From the NCBI RefSeq assembly GCF_001194135.2, contig NC_068985.1, positions 27,083,783 to 27,147,782 of the forward strand: a stretch of 64,000 nt of DNA, in the 5' to 3' direction. The stretch's first letter is position 1. Each line of letters opens with the position of its first letter. Both the position numbers and the translations under genes were made by a program. Positions 60,483-64,000 of the stretch are shown piece after piece. The notes below the pieces were generated by a model that saw nothing but the letters and a program-made list of their open reading frames with translations, made no database searches and had not been told where the DNA came from. The DNA comes from Octopus bimaculoides (taxonomy: Eukaryota).

Positions 60483-62609
60483 CACTGTAATTATAGAGTA
60501 AAGGTGGTTGTGCTTGTGTGTTTAACTGTTGATTAAGCTAATTTTTAGAGATAAATTTTATGTATAAAAATGGCAATATTAAATATATATGTAAGTACAG
60601 CTGAAAAATAAAAAAAGTGTATTTACTATTTTGTATACATATAAGTGTTTTATGTCTTTACATGTATCGGTAAAAATCACTCAACTTTTATTTCTTCCTA
60701 GAGATGTTATACTTGAACGTAAATATTTGTTCATATTATCATAGTAAAATGGCCTTTTGTTGGCAATTTGCTTTGTTAATGCATACAGCTTACCCTGCAC
60801 TTTGGTTTGAGGCACATGCCTTATATGTGTGTGTGTGTATTGATACAAAACGCCAACTGAGGAGAAAGTAAACTAAATTTGACTGCAACAGAAAAATTCT
60901 ACCAGCATGTCTGTTTAATGACGCTGAAATAACTAACTGGTGGTAAGAACTTCCCTTTTCATATTTCAGTAATATAACAGCATTCATTAAAAAAACAAAA
61001 CAAAAACAAACAAACAAAGAAACCCCATTAAAATGACCATACGTTTCATATAATTTCAGATGTGGTTGTTGATATTAACCGTACAGTATCACACCATGCA
61101 GAAGTTATGCCAAAATGAATTAGAGAATATCATATTTCTCTCTCTCTCTCTCACACTCCCCCACTAACATGACAAACATAAAAAAAAATTGGAATATTAG
61201 AGAAAAAAAATGTGCATTTTCTTGGGATTTTTTTCCCCAGATTTTTATTTATAATTGCTTATTTAAAAAAAAAAAATCATAACAGTGCAGACATATCTGA
61301 ATTTATAAAACCCAGAGTAGAAATCNNNNNNNNNNNNNNNNNNNNNNNNNNNNNNNNNNNNNNNNNNNNNNNNNNNNNNNNNNNNNNNNNNNNNNNNNNN
61401 NNNNNNNNNNNNNNNNNNNNNNNNNNNNNNNNNNNNNNNNNNNNNNNNNNNNNNNNNNNNNNNNNNNNNNNNNNNNNNNNNNNNNNNNNNNNNNNNNNNN
61501 NNNNNNNNNNNNNNNNNNNNNNNNNNNNNNNNNNNNNNNNNNNNNNNNNNNNNNNNNNNNNNNNNNNNNNNNNNNNNNNNNNNNNNNNNNNNNNNNNNNN
61601 NNNNNNNNNNNNNNNNNNNNNNNNNNNNNNNNNNNNNNNNNNNNNNNNNNNNNNNNNNNNNNNNNNNNNNNNNNNNNNNNNNNNNNNNNNNNNNNNNNNN
61701 NNNNNNNNNNNNNNNNNNNNNNNNNNNNNNNNNNNNNNNNNNNNNNNNNNNNNNNNNNNNNNNNNNNNNNNNNNNNNNNNNNNNNNNNNNNNNNNNNNNN
61801 NNNNNNNNNNNNNNNNNNNNNNNNNNNNNNNNNNNNNNNNNNNNNNNNNNNNNNNNNNNNNNNNNNNNNNNNNNNNNNNNNNNNNNNNNNNNNNNNNNNN
61901 NNNNNNNNNNNNNNNNNNNNNNNNNNNNNNNNNNNNNNNNNNNNNNNNNNNNNNNNNNNNNNNNNCAAATATATTTTTTGCAAATTTTATTTTTCCTCTT
62001 TTTGTGTATTTTTTTTTAAAATCGTACTCTTTGCAATAGATATTATCTTACAACTTGTTGACACTTTCAGCCCAGAGGAAAGTAAGAAAGGAGTGGGGGG
62101 AAGGGGAAAGAGTCTCTTAGTGTGGGAGGGTTTGGGATGTTGTTGTGGTGTTTGGTGGATAGTTTTGAATGTGGTGATTAGAGAAGGAAGAACTGGTTGG
62201 TGGGAATAGAATGGGAGCTAAAATAAAAAAAAAATAAAAAATTCAAAACTAAAAAAATAAAATTAAAAAAAACAAGAAAAATCAAAGGACAAAAGAAATA
62301 AGAATTCATTCTGTAGCAAAGAGGTGGTGGGTTGATAATGGGAGATAAGGGGTTAGGGTGGAGGGGGAGGGGCATAGATAACAGAGGCCAAAAAGTGGCA
62401 GGTCAGATAATTGACCAGCTGTGCATGTGGTCAGCAAACAACAGAAGACTTAAGCATTATGTAGTGAGAATATTTTTTTTTTTCAAGCAGGATAGACCCA
62501 CAAGACCACATATCTATCCAAAATAATGACACAAAATGGATATTTACAATGAATCATGGGATATGTACAGATTTATTCCTAAATTAATGATTTTTTTTTT
62601 CATTTTAAA

Positions 62610-62697
62610 TCATCATCATCATCATTATTATTATTATCATTATTATTATTATTATTAATATTATTATTATTATTATTATCATCATTATCATCATAAT
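62610..62697. repeat. (ATC)n/(ATT)n microsatellite
   Basis: Visible directly. Confidence 0.9.
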
Positions 62698-62981
62698 TAT
62701 TTTTCTTTTTCAATATGTTAATTATTTGGCATTAAGTTTGTGTGATCACTGTTGGTTGAGGGAGGGAAAATGTTCAGTCACCACATTTCCATCCTCTTAG
62801 TCTGCACCTATGCCTTACACCTCACTGTGTCCTGGGTTACAAGTTTCCATTCATCATTATTACCATCATCATTGATTATCATTACATTAATATCCATAAT
62901 ATCCAATCTATATAAAATAACATTACTGCTCTTTTATTTATTTGAACTTATCCCAAAAGTTAATCAAATAAACCTATTTAA

Positions 62982-63201
62982 CCCTTTAGTGTTTAAACCG
63001 GCTGTATCTGGCCCAAATATTCTACACATTTTATACTCAAACTGGCCAGAACCAGCATCTCACACCTACCCTGCAATGTCATTCTGAAAATAAGCAATTA
63101 CATCTTTCCTATCTTGAAGCTACAAAATAATATCAGATAATTTTTTTTAAATGTGAATAAATAAGGATTATTTTTGCCAAATTAATCTGAACGCTAAAGG
63201 G
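62982..63201. mobile_element. piggyBac-type MITE, 220 bp
   Basis: TTAA|ccctttagtgtt ... aacgctaaaggg|TTAA. Confidence 0.85.
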
Positions 63202-63533
63202 TTAATTTTTTTCCCTATTTTCTATACTAATCTCTCTTTCCTTCACACTCTCTCCTTAAAACACACTCTCTTGCACTTGCTGTTTGAGAATATTGTTTAA
63301 GGATAGATTATCAGGGAAAAATGAAGATCTTAATAAAGATTAAGTGGGAAAGAAATAGGAAAAGTCCCAGTTACTATTGACTAGTGGAACTTCATCAGCT
63401 AACATAAGCAATCGTCAAAAGATGTGCAGCCAATTTTAGAGTTGAATAAATAGAGAGATATATTAGAAAGAGAAAGAGATCAATGGGAAATTATACAATT
63501 ACTGTATTTAGTTAATAAACAAGAGAGAAAAAG

Positions 63534-63536
<3 letters not shown>

Positions 63537-63609
<73 letters not shown>

Positions 63610-63969
63610 GAGAGAGGGAGAGAGAGAGAGGGAGAGAGAGAGAGAAAGACAGAGATGTAACTTCTGAAATTAAAATCCTTCACATAATCACTATCTCTCA
63701 GAATATAAAAAGTTAACAGGAATAATTTATGCATACATATATGAAATATGTCGTGTGTGTGTATATGTAGATAGATATAGATATATGTACACACACACAT
63801 ACATGTATACATACATATATAAAGCATATAGCTTATATATGCACATATATTGCAAATACATACATACAGACGTATGTATATATATATATATAAATAGATA
63901 TATAAATATATACATACACATGAATATATATATATATATATATAAAAATATATACATACATACACACAC

Positions 63970-64000
<31 letters not shown>
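63537..64000. repeat. (GA)n followed by mixed (TA)/(CA)n microsatellites
   Basis: Visible directly. Confidence 0.95.

Noticed and set aside
62340-62372. G-quadruplex-forming motif
   Set aside because: It matches the G4 pattern but lies in low-complexity sequence next to a gap, with no functional context.

Overview
AT-rich, repeat-dense eukaryotic scaffold with five N-gaps. Its SINE and LINE families look like Octopus (cephalopod) DNA; that assignment is inference. Three conserved intron-containing genes can be modelled by hand with canonical GT-AG junctions and consistent exon phases. UFC1 contributes its last 3 coding exons (+, 741-3909). RBM7 is complete in 2 coding exons (-, 7078-14823) and is convergent with UFC1. 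HINFP/MIZF is complete in 9 coding exons (-, 23527-40596, 478 aa). A CpG-richer, promoter-like zone lies at about 42.4-46.4 kb, and a possible orphan minus-strand membrane-protein gene lies at about 51.4-60.8 kb (speculative). The rest is mostly mobile DNA: RTE LINE relics and many RTE 3' tails, RTE-X-, HERO/NeSL- and CRE-like relics, several tRNA-derived SINE families, mariner/DD41D/hAT relics, and piggyBac-, hAT-, mariner- and Mutator-type MITEs with visible target-site duplications (TSDs). The most striking observation is a ~215-bp element with a tRNA-like Pol III head and a Penelope-type tail carrying a minimal type I hammerhead ribozyme. It occurs in three copies, two of which form one inverted dimer flanked by a 9-bp TSD. 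Also notable are a 5S rRNA-RTE tail chimera and a GC-rich MITE with a 9-bp TSD and telomere-like internal hairpin. Repeat boundaries without a TSD are approximate, and TE family names come from motif recognition, not database searches.
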